Source: a virus (taxonomy: Duplodnaviria > Caudoviricetes). From it: DNA of 31,087 bases. The stretch covers positions 1 to 31,087 of the IMG/VR virus record IMGVR_UViG_3300037467_000274; one strand, given 5' to 3'. This document shows positions 1 through 7,763 of the stretch, piece after piece. The notes beneath the pieces were generated by a model. It searched no databases, was not told the origin of the DNA, and saw only the letters and a list, made by a program, of their open reading frames with translations. Position 1 is the first letter of the stretch. Each line of letters begins with the position of its first letter. Made by a program: the position numbers and the translations under genes.

Positions 1-258
1 TCCGTCGTGGCGTGGGGGAACTCGTCCGTCGTGGCGTGGGGGAACTCGTCCGTCGTGGCGTGGGGGAACTCGTCCGTCGAGGCGCGGGAGAACTCGTCCG
101 TCGAGGCGCGGGAGAACTCGTCCGTCGAGGCGCGGGGGAACTCGTCCGTCGTGGCGTGGGAGAACTCGTCCGTCGAGGCGCGGGGGAACTCGTCCGTCGT
201 GGCGTGGGGGAACTCGTCCGTCGTGGCGTGGGGGAACTCGTCCGTCGAGGCGCGGGGC
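1..258 (+). repeat. 24-bp coding tandem repeat, 10 full units plus 1 partial unit
   Basis: Unit AACTCGTCCGTCG(T/A)GGCG(T/C)GGG(G/A)G read directly; full units start at 19, 43, ... 235. Confidence 0.97.
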
Positions 259-732
259 GCCAGCTCGACCCACACTTATGGCCCGCCCGTGAAGGCTGGT
301 GCCAAGTGCGCAGTGTTCGTCCATGCCGCACACGCCCGAGTCGAGGGCGGCGTGGTCATCGACTGCATTGAACCCGACAAGGAACCCGCCGACTGGTGCG
401 AGTGGCATGGCGCCGAGATCGTGGAGGACCGCGCCATCGTCTACAAGGCGGTGAACGACAAGTTCACGACCGGCCGCGGGTTCGACTACACCCCGGGCGC
501 GCACGTCACCGCCCCTGATTGGCGGGACCACGACTCCTGCGGCGGCGGGCTGCACTTCGGCCCGACCCCGCGCCACGCCCGCGACTACTTCCACGCCGCG
601 ACCCGGTTCGTCAAGGTGTCCATTCCGCTCGACGCCGCACGCCCGATCTCGGGCGGGGTGGCGAAGATCAAGGCGCGCGAGTGCCTGGTGCTCGGCGAGG
701 TCGACATCAACGGCAAGGCGGTGTCGTCATGA
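1..732 (+). CDS. Phage protein with NSSV(V/E)A(W/R)(G/E) octapeptide repeats and a C-terminal domain (DUF7666-like); 5'-truncated
   Basis: Frame is open from base 1; repeat array followed by a domain with YKAV...YTPG...CGGGLHF...K(I)KA motifs; stop overlaps the next ATG. Confidence 0.8.
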   Translation, partial: SVVAWGNSSVVAWGNSSVVAWGNSSVEARENSSVEARENSSVEARGNSSVVAWENSSVEARGNSSVVAWGNSSVVAWGNSSVEARGASSTHTYGPPVKAGAKCAVFVHAAHARVEGGVVIDCIEPDKEPADWCEWHGAEIVEDRAIVYKAVNDKFTTGRGFDYTPGAHVTAPDWRDHDSCGGGLHFGPTPRHARDYFHAATRFVKVSIPLDAARPISGGVAKIKARECLVLGEVDINGKAVSS

Positions 733-1142
733 TCCCCGCCCTCGCCACCGCCCTCCTCGTCGCCCTCGTCATGGGCTACCCGATCCACCGCCAGGCCAAG
801 CGCGCGAAACGGGCCGAGTACATCCTCGCCGTGCACGACGCCCTCGCCCCGATCCGCGCCGCCAAGGTCGCCACGCTGGAACGCACGGCCAAGCGCGTCG
901 AGTCCTCCGAAGCCACCGCCGAGAGCCTGGCTGTGACGCTGCTGGAGACGCGCGTGGAGGCCAGCCGGGCACGCCAGCAGCGGGATGCGGCATGGGCCGA
1001 GCTGCGGGCACTGCGCACCGAGCGAGAGCGGCACACGACGCTCCTGTCGCTGCCGGGGATCAGGGCCGACCGCGAGGACGGGATCAGCTACGACGCGCCG
1101 GCCGAGGTCGTGGCGCTGGACAGCAAGCGGGGGCGGGCATGA
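729..1142 (+). CDS. Hypothetical membrane-anchored coiled-coil protein
   Basis: ATGA overlap at 729-732; hydrophobic N-terminus MIPALATALLVALVMG followed by an Ala/Glu/Arg-rich helix. Confidence 0.75.
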   Translation: MIPALATALLVALVMGYPIHRQAKRAKRAEYILAVHDALAPIRAAKVATLERTAKRVESSEATAESLAVTLLETRVEASRARQQRDAAWAELRALRTERERHTTLLSLPGIRADREDGISYDAPAEVVALDSKRGRA

Positions 1143-1303
1143 GAACCCACAGCGGCAAGCCCTGCCGCGACGAGCAGACCGGCGACTACTGCCGCCCGTG
1201 CGAGGAAGCCATCGCCGCCGGGGAGGACGCGCGCACCGAGCGGGACCGGGGCATGGAGGACTTGTTGGCCGAGCGGTACGAGCGGGAGGTGCTGGGGCTA
1301 TGA
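1139..1303 (+). CDS. Small hypothetical protein (H/C...CxxC)
   Basis: ATGA overlaps at both ends; MRTHSGKPCRDEQTGDYCRPCEE. Confidence 0.75.
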   Translation: MRTHSGKPCRDEQTGDYCRPCEEAIAAGEDARTERDRGMEDLLAERYEREVLGL

Positions 1304-2145
1304 CACTCCACGACGACATCCCTGAGCGCGCCTACCACGCGGACGCCGACAGCCTCTCTGCTTCCGGCGCCAAGGTGCTGCTCGGCAAGCGCCCCCCGTC
1401 GCCTGACTCCGAAGCCCTCGCATTCGGCCGCCTGGTGCACATCATCCTGCTCGAGCCTCACCGTCTCGACGAGTACGTCGACCTCGACCCGGACATCATC
1501 GGCATCAAGAAGGACGGCACCAAGGCCGACAACCCGCGCAACACGACCGCCTGGAAGGACGCGGTGTTCAAGGCCGAGCAGTCCGGGCTCACCATCATCG
1601 ACTCGGGCACGCTCGCCCACGCACAGGCCGTCGCTGCTGCCGTTCGAAACCACCCCGAGGCCGGTCGTCTCTTGGCCGCCGCGACGCACACCGAGGTTAG
1701 CGCCTACGCCGATCACCCATCCGGCGCACGGGTCCGCGCACGGTTCGACCTCATCGGCCCCGGCTTCATCGGCGACATCAAGACGTGCCGCGACGCCGAC
1801 CCGGAGACGTTCGGCAAGGTCATGCACTCGCTGATGTACCACGTGTCGGCCGCTAACTACGTGGACATCGCGCGCGCCAACGGGCTGACCGTCGATCGCT
1901 ACGACCTGATCTGCGTGGAGAAAGAGCCGACGCCGGGTGGTGAGTACCGGGTGGCTGTGAACGAGGTGCACCCCGACGCCATCGAGAAGGGCCGCGAGCT
2001 GATGGCGCTGGCCTGCGACCGGTGGCTGGCACTCGGCAAGCGGATCGACCTGCCGGGCTACGGGCCTGATCGGCATGTGGTCGACCTGCCGGGCTGGGTC
2101 TACACGAACGACTTGGACGACATCGAGATTGAGGAGGCGGTCTGA
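1300..2145 (+). CDS. RecE/exonuclease VIII-like PD-(D/E)XK nuclease (DUF3799-like)
   Basis: YHAD...LSASGAK, FGRLVH..LLEP, RARFD...DIKT, YHVSAANY motifs; ATGA-coupled start after GGGAGG. Confidence 0.88.
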   Translation: MTLHDDIPERAYHADADSLSASGAKVLLGKRPPSPDSEALAFGRLVHIILLEPHRLDEYVDLDPDIIGIKKDGTKADNPRNTTAWKDAVFKAEQSGLTIIDSGTLAHAQAVAAAVRNHPEAGRLLAAATHTEVSAYADHPSGARVRARFDLIGPGFIGDIKTCRDADPETFGKVMHSLMYHVSAANYVDIARANGLTVDRYDLICVEKEPTPGGEYRVAVNEVHPDAIEKGRELMALACDRWLALGKRIDLPGYGPDRHVVDLPGWVYTNDLDDIEIEEAV

Positions 2146-2597
2146 TGTTCAGCGACTCGATGCTCGGGCTGTCCGCTAGGGCGATTGCCGGTGGCGGCAA
2201 GGATCATCCGCACGACCCCAGCGACCTGCTGCGGTGCGTGAACTACTGCAAGGGCAGGCTGAGCACCGCGGACCTCCGCAAGCGCATGGCCGGTCGATCG
2301 GTCTATTGGGACCGCCTACTCCCCGAGTGGGACGAACTCGTTGCCCTGCTCCAGCACGAGATCGACACGCGCACCGATCGCACAGCCCCGCGGACCTACG
2401 CGGCGATGAAGCGAGTGCTCGCGAACGGGGTCGCGTGTGCGAGGTGCGACGGGACTGGCCGGGGCGCCGAGTGCATGAAGTGCAGGGGCACAGGGCGCCG
2501 CTCGGGTGGTCGATGCCGCGCCGAGGGCTGCCACCGGGGCGCCGCCCTCTGCGGAGCCTGCTGGGGACGCGGCTACACGACAACCGAGAAGGACTGA
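2145..2597 (+). CDS. Hypothetical protein with DnaJ-type CxxCxGxG zinc-finger repeats
   Basis: CARCDGTG, CMKCRGTG, CRAEGCHRG, CGACWGRG; TGATG coupling. Confidence 0.8.
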   Translation: MFSDSMLGLSARAIAGGGKDHPHDPSDLLRCVNYCKGRLSTADLRKRMAGRSVYWDRLLPEWDELVALLQHEIDTRTDRTAPRTYAAMKRVLANGVACARCDGTGRGAECMKCRGTGRRSGGRCRAEGCHRGAALCGACWGRGYTTTEKD

Positions 2598-2598
2598 C

Positions 2599-3192
2599 AT
2601 GGACATCAGCGACACCCTCGCCCCCAACAGCGACCAACTCGATGCGGTCGACCTACTCGGCTCACCCCCGCGCATCTTCACCATCACCGAGGTCTCACGC
2701 GGAAGTGCCGAGCAGCCGGTCCAGATCAGGCTCGCCGAGTTCCCGCGCTGGTGGCGACCGAGCAAGGGGATGCGGCGCGTGCTGGCGAACTGCTGGGGCA
2801 AGCAGGCATCCGAGTGGGTCGGCCGGCGCATCGAGCTCTACTGCGACCCCGACGTGATGTTCGGCAAGGAGAAGGTCGGCGGCATCAGGATCAGTCGCCT
2901 CTCGCACATCGACGGCCCGATGTCCACGCCGATGATCGTCGGCCGCGGCAAGGGTGGCTCGTGGCTCGTCAAGCCGCTGCCCGACGCCGAGCCCACCCGC
3001 AAGCCCGCCGACGACCCCATGACCCTTATGGGCGCCCGCATGAAGGCGCGCGGGCTGACGGTCAAGGAGGACGCGCTGGCCTACGTCGAGTCGATCATCG
3101 GCCGCGCTGTCGCAAGCCGGGACGAGATGACGCCCGAGGAGGTCGCGCAGGTCAACGAGGCGCTGAGCGTGCCGATGGGAGCGGACGAATGA
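2599..3192 (+). CDS. Conserved phage protein (SDQL motif), candidate recombination/ssDNA-binding partner
   Basis: SD AAGGA before ATG 2599; MDISDTLAPNSDQLDAVDL...GGIRISRLSHID; located near RecE. Confidence 0.75.
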   Translation: MDISDTLAPNSDQLDAVDLLGSPPRIFTITEVSRGSAEQPVQIRLAEFPRWWRPSKGMRRVLANCWGKQASEWVGRRIELYCDPDVMFGKEKVGGIRISRLSHIDGPMSTPMIVGRGKGGSWLVKPLPDAEPTRKPADDPMTLMGARMKARGLTVKEDALAYVESIIGRAVASRDEMTPEEVAQVNEALSVPMGADE

Positions 3193-3383
3193 GCGCCGAG
3201 CTTCCCCTAACCGACTGGCGGTCACGAGCAGTCCACTTCGCCGACGAATGCGCCCTTGAGCAGTGCGAGTATTGCGGCTGCTGCGTCCACGGCAAGACCC
3301 TGCCCGTTGGGTGCAAGGTCGAGACGGCACCGAGCGGGATGCTCTGCCCGAACTACGAGTGTGGCTGCGAGGGGCGAGCATGA
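3189..3383 (+). CDS. Small Cys-rich hypothetical protein
   Basis: ATGA-coupled; 9 Cys in 64 aa. Confidence 0.72.
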   Translation: MSAELPLTDWRSRAVHFADECALEQCEYCGCCVHGKTLPVGCKVETAPSGMLCPNYECGCEGRA

Positions 3384-3550
3384 TCCGCCCCGCCAACGCC
3401 ATCACCGACACCGACCTGCGCGAAGGCCGACGGGTCACCCTCACCGGCCGCATCTGCGCCACTATCCCCGCTCCCAACGAGGACGCGCTCTGGATCACAG
3501 TCAAGGTCGACGGCGCGTCCCAGGTCGAGATCCACCGGGAGGGGTCGTGA
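3380..3550 (+). CDS. Small hypothetical protein
   Basis: ATGA/GTGA coupled; MIRPANAITDTDLREG. Confidence 0.7.
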   Translation: MIRPANAITDTDLREGRRVTLTGRICATIPAPNEDALWITVKVDGASQVEIHREGS

Positions 3551-3876
3551 GGACCCGGCCCACGAAACGCGACGACATCCTCGCCGACTACCGCGCCGGG
3601 TACACGATCCGCGAGGTCGCCAAGCGCAACGAGGTGAGCCGCTCGACGGTCTCCAAGACCGTGGGCGACGCGGGACTCACTCGCCGCAAGGGTCCGCCGA
3701 AGCGAGGGGGGCGCTGCTGCTCACGCTGCGGCATCCCCACCCTCGCCAAAGAGGGCGTCTGCCGCACCTGCAAGACCGTGTCCAACGCCCAGCCGAAGCC
3801 CTCCGACGCACTCAGGGGCGGCGTGTGGGTGCTGCATCCGCGACGTCGGGTGCTCGTGTGGCAGGAGGCATCGTGA
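3547..3876 (+). CDS. HTH DNA-binding protein with a CxxC-CxxC zinc ribbon
   Basis: GYTIREVAKRNEVSRSTVSKTV helix-turn-helix; CSRC...CRTC. Confidence 0.8.
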   Translation: MRTRPTKRDDILADYRAGYTIREVAKRNEVSRSTVSKTVGDAGLTRRKGPPKRGGRCCSRCGIPTLAKEGVCRTCKTVSNAQPKPSDALRGGVWVLHPRRRVLVWQEAS

Positions 3877-4106
3877 CGAAGGACGAACTGCTGGCCGCGT
3901 TGCTGGTGGAGCGCTACGACCAGACATGGTGGAAGAGCAAGCCCGCTGAGACTCCGGCGCCGAGGAAGCGCACGCGGAAGCCGAAGCCGGAACCCGTCGC
4001 ACCTGTTCTCGACGTCGCCCACGACGCGGACCCGGCGGCGCTGACCGGTGGACGCTGGGTCAATCGGCGCGGGGTGCAGGTGTGGGTCGAGAGCGAGGCG
4101 TCGTGA
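3873..4106 (+). CDS. Small hypothetical protein
   Basis: GTGA-coupled after AGGAGG; (M)TKDELLAALLVERY. Confidence 0.72.
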   Translation: MTKDELLAALLVERYDQTWWKSKPAETPAPRKRTRKPKPEPVAPVLDVAHDADPAALTGGRWVNRRGVQVWVESEAS

Positions 4107-4267
4107 GCGCCGACAAGGGAGAGGCGCTGGGCCTCACGTATGACTGCCCTCGCTGTGGCACGCGGCACCTGCTCGCCTGCTGCCACGCCTCGCGCCACAA
4201 CCTCTGCGACCGCTGCGTCGCGGAGCAGCAGGCGGCCCGGGCCGCCAGGTTGAGGAGCGCCCCATGA
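4103..4267 (+). CDS. Small Cys-rich hypothetical protein
   Basis: GTGA-coupled; CPRC...CCH...CDRC. Confidence 0.7.
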   Translation: MSADKGEALGLTYDCPRCGTRHLLACCHASRHNLCDRCVAEQQAARAARLRSAP

Positions 4268-4500
4268 CCGCCCCCGAGGACATCTGGTGCCCCGTGTGCA
4301 ACTGGCAGGCACCGCGGGCGAGCCAGGTGTGCGAGCTGCATGGGGAGGAGGGGCGACACCTGCGCCCCGTATATGGCATGTGCCTTGCCTGCCGGTCCAT
4401 GGAGGTCGAGTTGAACGAAGTCGTTGGCACTCGCGACCTGTCGAGCATCGGGGAATCCGACGTCTATCCCGTCGGCTACGGCTGCGAGGTGTGCGCCTGA
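4264..4500 (+). CDS. Small zinc-finger protein
   Basis: SD GAGGAG; CPVC, CELH, CLAC, CEVC. Confidence 0.75.
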   Translation: MTAPEDIWCPVCNWQAPRASQVCELHGEEGRHLRPVYGMCLACRSMEVELNEVVGTRDLSSIGESDVYPVGYGCEVCA

Positions 4501-4859
4501 TGCCGTGGTTCCTGACTGACGACCAGTTCCATTCCCACCCGAAGGCGAGACGCGCCGGGCTCGCCGCAATCGGCCTCTGGAACGTCTCGGGCGCGTGGTC
4601 ACAGGCCCACAAGCAGGAGGGTTTCGTGCCTGACTGGTTCGTCGCTTCATGGCCTCAAGGGAAGCGCTTGGCTGATCGACTAGTGGTCTCCGGCCTATGG
4701 CTCACGGCCACCAAGGGCGACGAGGCGGGCTGGCAGTTCCACGACTGGCTCGACATCCACCCGACCGCCGACGAGATCGAGAAGAAGCGCGAGAAGGACC
4801 GCGAGAGACAGCGCAGGCGGCGCGCGGGGCTGCGCGGAGAGAAGGGGGACAACTCGTGA
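4500..4859 (+). CDS. Putative replication initiator (N-terminal domain only)
   Basis: MPWFLTDDQFHSHPK...AIGLW...LV..GLW...GWQFHDW followed by an R/E-rich helix, as in actinophage Rep N-termini; lies directly before an iteron-like cluster. Confidence 0.7.
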   Translation: MPWFLTDDQFHSHPKARRAGLAAIGLWNVSGAWSQAHKQEGFVPDWFVASWPQGKRLADRLVVSGLWLTATKGDEAGWQFHDWLDIHPTADEIEKKREKDRERQRRRRAGLRGEKGDNS

Positions 4860-5000
4860 CGCGTCACACCTGTGTCACGCGTGACATCCGCTGTGACTCA
4901 CGCATGTGTCACGCGACCCGTGCCGTGCCGTGCCGTGCCTACCGTAGTTACGGCGGTCTGTGGTTCATCTCTGGTTACGACCAAATCCAAAGTAACGGTG
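4856..5000. other. Putative replication origin (iteron-like palindromes plus an AT-richer segment)
   Basis: Palindromes GTGACGCGTCAC (4856-4867), TGTCACGCGTGACA (4873-4886), GTGACTCAC (4893-4901); direct repeat TGTGTCACGCG (4871, 4905); (CCGTG)x4 at 4918-4937. Confidence 0.6.
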
Positions 5001-5047
5001 ACCTACGCTCGCTCGCCGCTCCGATTGGCTTTGGAGCGAACCGATGA
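4856..5047 (+). CDS. 63-aa ORF overlying the putative origin
   Basis: GTGA overlap with the upstream stop, AAGGGGG SD, and its stop overlaps ATG 5044. Confidence 0.45.
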   Translation: MTRHTCVTRDIRCDSRMCHATRAVPCRAYRSYGGLWFISGYDQIQSNGDLRSLAAPIGFGANR

Positions 5048-5463
5048 ACGAGCACGAAACCGACCGCATCGCAGCCGCCATGCACGCCCTGCGCCCCGAC
5101 TGGCCCGCGAGCAGCATCCGCACCCTGATCCGCAAGCACCTCGCCGACCGACCACGCCGCGATGTCGCCGTCGCCCTGGCCTGGATCGCCTGCGAACCCG
5201 CCACCGCCACACCCGCCCGCGTCCTCGAGTCCGGGCCGTGGTGGCTCGCGGCAGGGGTCGACGGGCAGACCACCGGCCGACGCGAGCCCTACGACCCCGC
5301 GGCGTTCTGCGACGAGTGCGGCAAGTCCGAGGCCACGTGCCGGCGCAACACGCTCTCGGGGCACGAGTTCACATCCGCGCTTGACCACGCCCGCCGTCTC
5401 GCGCACGACGGCTCTAAGACGTCTCTGCCCCGACCGGGGCGAACGGAAGGCAGGTCACAATGA
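5044..5463 (+). CDS. Hypothetical replication-module protein
   Basis: SD GGAG; LRPDW...ATPARV...GPWW, CDEC; strong GC3 codon pattern. Confidence 0.8.
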   Translation: MNEHETDRIAAAMHALRPDWPASSIRTLIRKHLADRPRRDVAVALAWIACEPATATPARVLESGPWWLAAGVDGQTTGRREPYDPAAFCDECGKSEATCRRNTLSGHEFTSALDHARRLAHDGSKTSLPRPGRTEGRSQ

Positions 5464-6035
5464 AGACCCTTGCCGACTACGCCGACGCCATCGCCGCCCG
5501 CATTGAGGTAACGGACACATGTTGGCTGTGGACGGGTCACCGCGATCAGGTATCCGGTTATGGCACATACAGCACGCCCCGCCACGATGGTGCGGCCACA
5601 ACGCGACTCGCTCACCGGTTGGTGTACCTCCTGAACGAAGGGGAGATCCCAAAGGGGCTGGTCTTGGACCACCTCTGTCGCGTCCGCCATTGCGTGAACC
5701 CAGCGCACCTTGAGCCGGTTACAAACAGGGAGAACTCACGGCGCTCGCCACTAGTCTTCAAGGAAGCCTGCGCCGCTGGGCATCGCTATACCGAAGGCTC
5801 GTATTACCTCACAGCTAACGGTGCGCGCCTTTGCAAGGAATGCCGCCGGGCAGAGGTGCGCGAATCCGCCGCCCGTCGTGCCCGCTCCTCAACCAGGCGC
5901 GAGTGTGAGCACTGCGGGGAGGCCGTGGTCGTCAAGCATCGATCACGGCACATGCAGCGACACCACCTGGAGCATTACCAGCCCCGCTCCGCCACGAAGC
6001 CCCCGTTGCGCGAGCTGATCCAGGAGGACCGATGA
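5460..6035 (+). CDS. HNH homing endonuclease with C-terminal zinc-binding modules
   Basis: CWLWTG...GYG...AHR...LDHLCRVRHCVNPAHLEPVTNREN; CAAGH...CKEC; CEHC...H...H. Confidence 0.9.
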   Translation: MKTLADYADAIAARIEVTDTCWLWTGHRDQVSGYGTYSTPRHDGAATTRLAHRLVYLLNEGEIPKGLVLDHLCRVRHCVNPAHLEPVTNRENSRRSPLVFKEACAAGHRYTEGSYYLTANGARLCKECRRAEVRESAARRARSSTRRECEHCGEAVVVKHRSRHMQRHHLEHYQPRSATKPPLRELIQEDR

Positions 6036-6613
6036 GGAAGATCCCGACCCTGTTCCTGCGCGACCCCGACGACATGCGCCGCGTGACGTCCGAGGTCCAC
6101 CCAGACTGCCAGTGGGTGCTCGACGGCGAGGGGCGCGCGACCCGGAAGTACGACGGGACGTGCGTGATGCTCGACGACGCGGGCATGTGGTGGGCGCGGC
6201 GCGAGGTCAAGCGCGGCAAGACGCCCCCGGCCGACTTCGTGGAGGCCGACTACGACGAGGCGACCGGCAAGCGCCAGGGCTGGATCCCGATCGTGGCCTC
6301 AGACTGGCGCGGGCCGTGGACCGAGGCGATGGCGCTGCACCCGAACGAGCCCGGCACCTACGAACTCTGCGGCCCGAAGATCAACGGCAACCCCGAGGGC
6401 TTCACGTTCCACCGGCTGATCCGCCACGGAGTCACTGTCGTCCCGCAGATCCTGCCGCCCGTCGAACTTGTCCGCGAGTACTGCAAGGACACGGGTGCCG
6501 AGGGGATCGTCTGGCATCACCCTGACGGCCGCATGGCGAAGCTCAAGGCGCGCGACCTCGACCCCGACCCGATTCCCACCCGACCCGAGCACGAGGAGAG
6601 CGACCATGCGTGA
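6032..6613 (+). CDS. RNA-ligase-like nucleotidyltransferase (DUF5565-like)
   Basis: Motif I TRKYDGT, TYELCGPKINGNP, EGIVW, MAKLK. Confidence 0.8.
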   Translation: MRKIPTLFLRDPDDMRRVTSEVHPDCQWVLDGEGRATRKYDGTCVMLDDAGMWWARREVKRGKTPPADFVEADYDEATGKRQGWIPIVASDWRGPWTEAMALHPNEPGTYELCGPKINGNPEGFTFHRLIRHGVTVVPQILPPVELVREYCKDTGAEGIVWHHPDGRMAKLKARDLDPDPIPTRPEHEESDHA

Positions 6614-6842
6614 GACCGAACCGACTGGCGCGTTGGCGCGCTACTGCCCCTGTGGCCACACGGCGAACTACCACCGAGGCACGCCTGAACTTGCACGGCA
6701 GTACGGCTGCACAGGCACGGAGGGCAACAGGTCGGGGGCGCTCGGCGCCTACCACTGCCGCTGCTCGGCGACCCTCTCGGACGTGATCGCCCACGGCACG
6801 ACCACACCCCCCGCTGGTCGGAACGCGACGTGGTCCGCATGA
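6606..6842 (+). CDS. Small Cys/His hypothetical protein
   Basis: SD GAGGAG; CPCGH...H...C...CRC. Confidence 0.72.
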   Translation: MRETEPTGALARYCPCGHTANYHRGTPELARQYGCTGTEGNRSGALGAYHCRCSATLSDVIAHGTTTPPAGRNATWSA

Positions 6843-7027
6843 CCGCACCCGACGCCCGGCCCGCCCAGGCCGGAGGGGAACTGTCCAGCGACCTAGAGCG
6901 GGTGATGGCTGAGCGTGACGATGCTGTCCAGAGCGCAGCCGAGTGGCGGATGATCGCGGACGGTGCGGTCGCTGAGAACACACGGCTGCGGAAGGTCATC
7001 GACCGACTGATTGGCGACGAGTCATGA
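6839..7027 (+). CDS. Small coiled-coil hypothetical protein
   Basis: ATGA overlaps at both ends. Confidence 0.68.
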   Translation: MTAPDARPAQAGGELSSDLERVMAERDDAVQSAAEWRMIADGAVAENTRLRKVIDRLIGDES

Positions 7028-7422
7028 CCGCCCAGGCCGGAGGGGCGAGGCTGAGCGAGGAGCTGGTGGCGAAGGCAGCCGCGGCGATCCGAGCAGCCGA
7101 TGACAAGGCGCTCGCAGAGTCGAACTTCGACCAGCTCTGCGCGACCTACGACGAGCAGGCCCGCGCTGTCCTCGATGCCGTGACCCCCGACCTCCGCGCC
7201 GAGGGACGGCGAGACGCGCTGGCCGAGGCTGCCGAGGCAAGGATGGCCTACTCGAAGGAACTCCGCGAGGCGTTCCGTGAGCACAATGCGAACCGTGACC
7301 TAGCACGGTTGCAGCCGCGCAGGCCTGATCTGAGGACTTGGGCCGACGCGCTTGAGTCAACTAGTCACTGGCTCCGTGCCCGCGCCGAGGCCGACCCGGG
7401 CGAGCGGAAGGCGGGGTCATGA
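7024..7422 (+). CDS. Hypothetical protein
   Basis: ATGA-coupled, Ala-rich helical ORF. Confidence 0.72.
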   Translation: MTAQAGGARLSEELVAKAAAAIRAADDKALAESNFDQLCATYDEQARAVLDAVTPDLRAEGRRDALAEAAEARMAYSKELREAFREHNANRDLARLQPRRPDLRTWADALESTSHWLRARAEADPGERKAGS

Positions 7423-7763
7423 GCGGGGAGCGTGCGGCGCTGATCGAGGTACTGCGGCCAGTCATCGACCGCATCGAGCGAGTCGGCCTCGGCAACGAGA
7501 TCCCCGGTGCCCCTGGCTGGTGCTACGAGTACACCTACGCACTGGCCGACGTCCTGCTCGCTGCTGGCTGGCGAGGCCCGGAGATCGTGGCGCAACTCCG
7601 CGACATGGAGATCGAGCGCAACATCCTGCGGGAGACGCTGCGGGAGGTGCTCGCAAACCACCCTGAGGCGCGCTCCGAGGCAGCACCTAGGAGCGCCGAG
7701 GACGCCGAGAGCGACCACGGATGCCACCGCGACGACGAGAGCGCGGGAGAGGCCGAATCGTGA
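7419..7763 (+). CDS. Hypothetical protein
   Basis: ATGA-coupled ORF. Confidence 0.72.
   Translation: MSGERAALIEVLRPVIDRIERVGLGNEIPGAPGWCYEYTYALADVLLAAGWRGPEIVAQLRDMEIERNILRETLREVLANHPEARSEAAPRSAEDAESDHGCHRDDESAGEAES

Noticed and set aside
1-258. CRISPR array or DGR variable region
   Set aside because: Units are contiguous with no unique spacers and are in-frame coding; variation is not adenine-specific; no cas or reverse transcriptase gene is present
12-371. Alternative-frame ORF (GELVRRG repeats)
   Set aside because: By-product of the stop-free 24-bp repeat; only the NSSV frame continues into a folded domain
985-1299. Long N-terminal extensions in the ORF track (985, 519, 2506, 4287, 17870, 23251, 26872, 29260)
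   Set aside because: They overlap upstream genes; SD-supported or stop-coupled internal starts fit better
4872-5384. 170-aa ORF as an independent gene
   Set aside because: No SD, and its distal part overlaps the better-supported 5044 gene with Arg/Pro-rich off-frame composition; only its 5' part is discussed as a Rep remnant
7270-7375. AT-richer patch with short palindromes (TGAGTCA, ACTAGT) as an operator
   Set aside because: The palindromes are short enough to occur by chance, lie inside a coding region and are not repeated elsewhere
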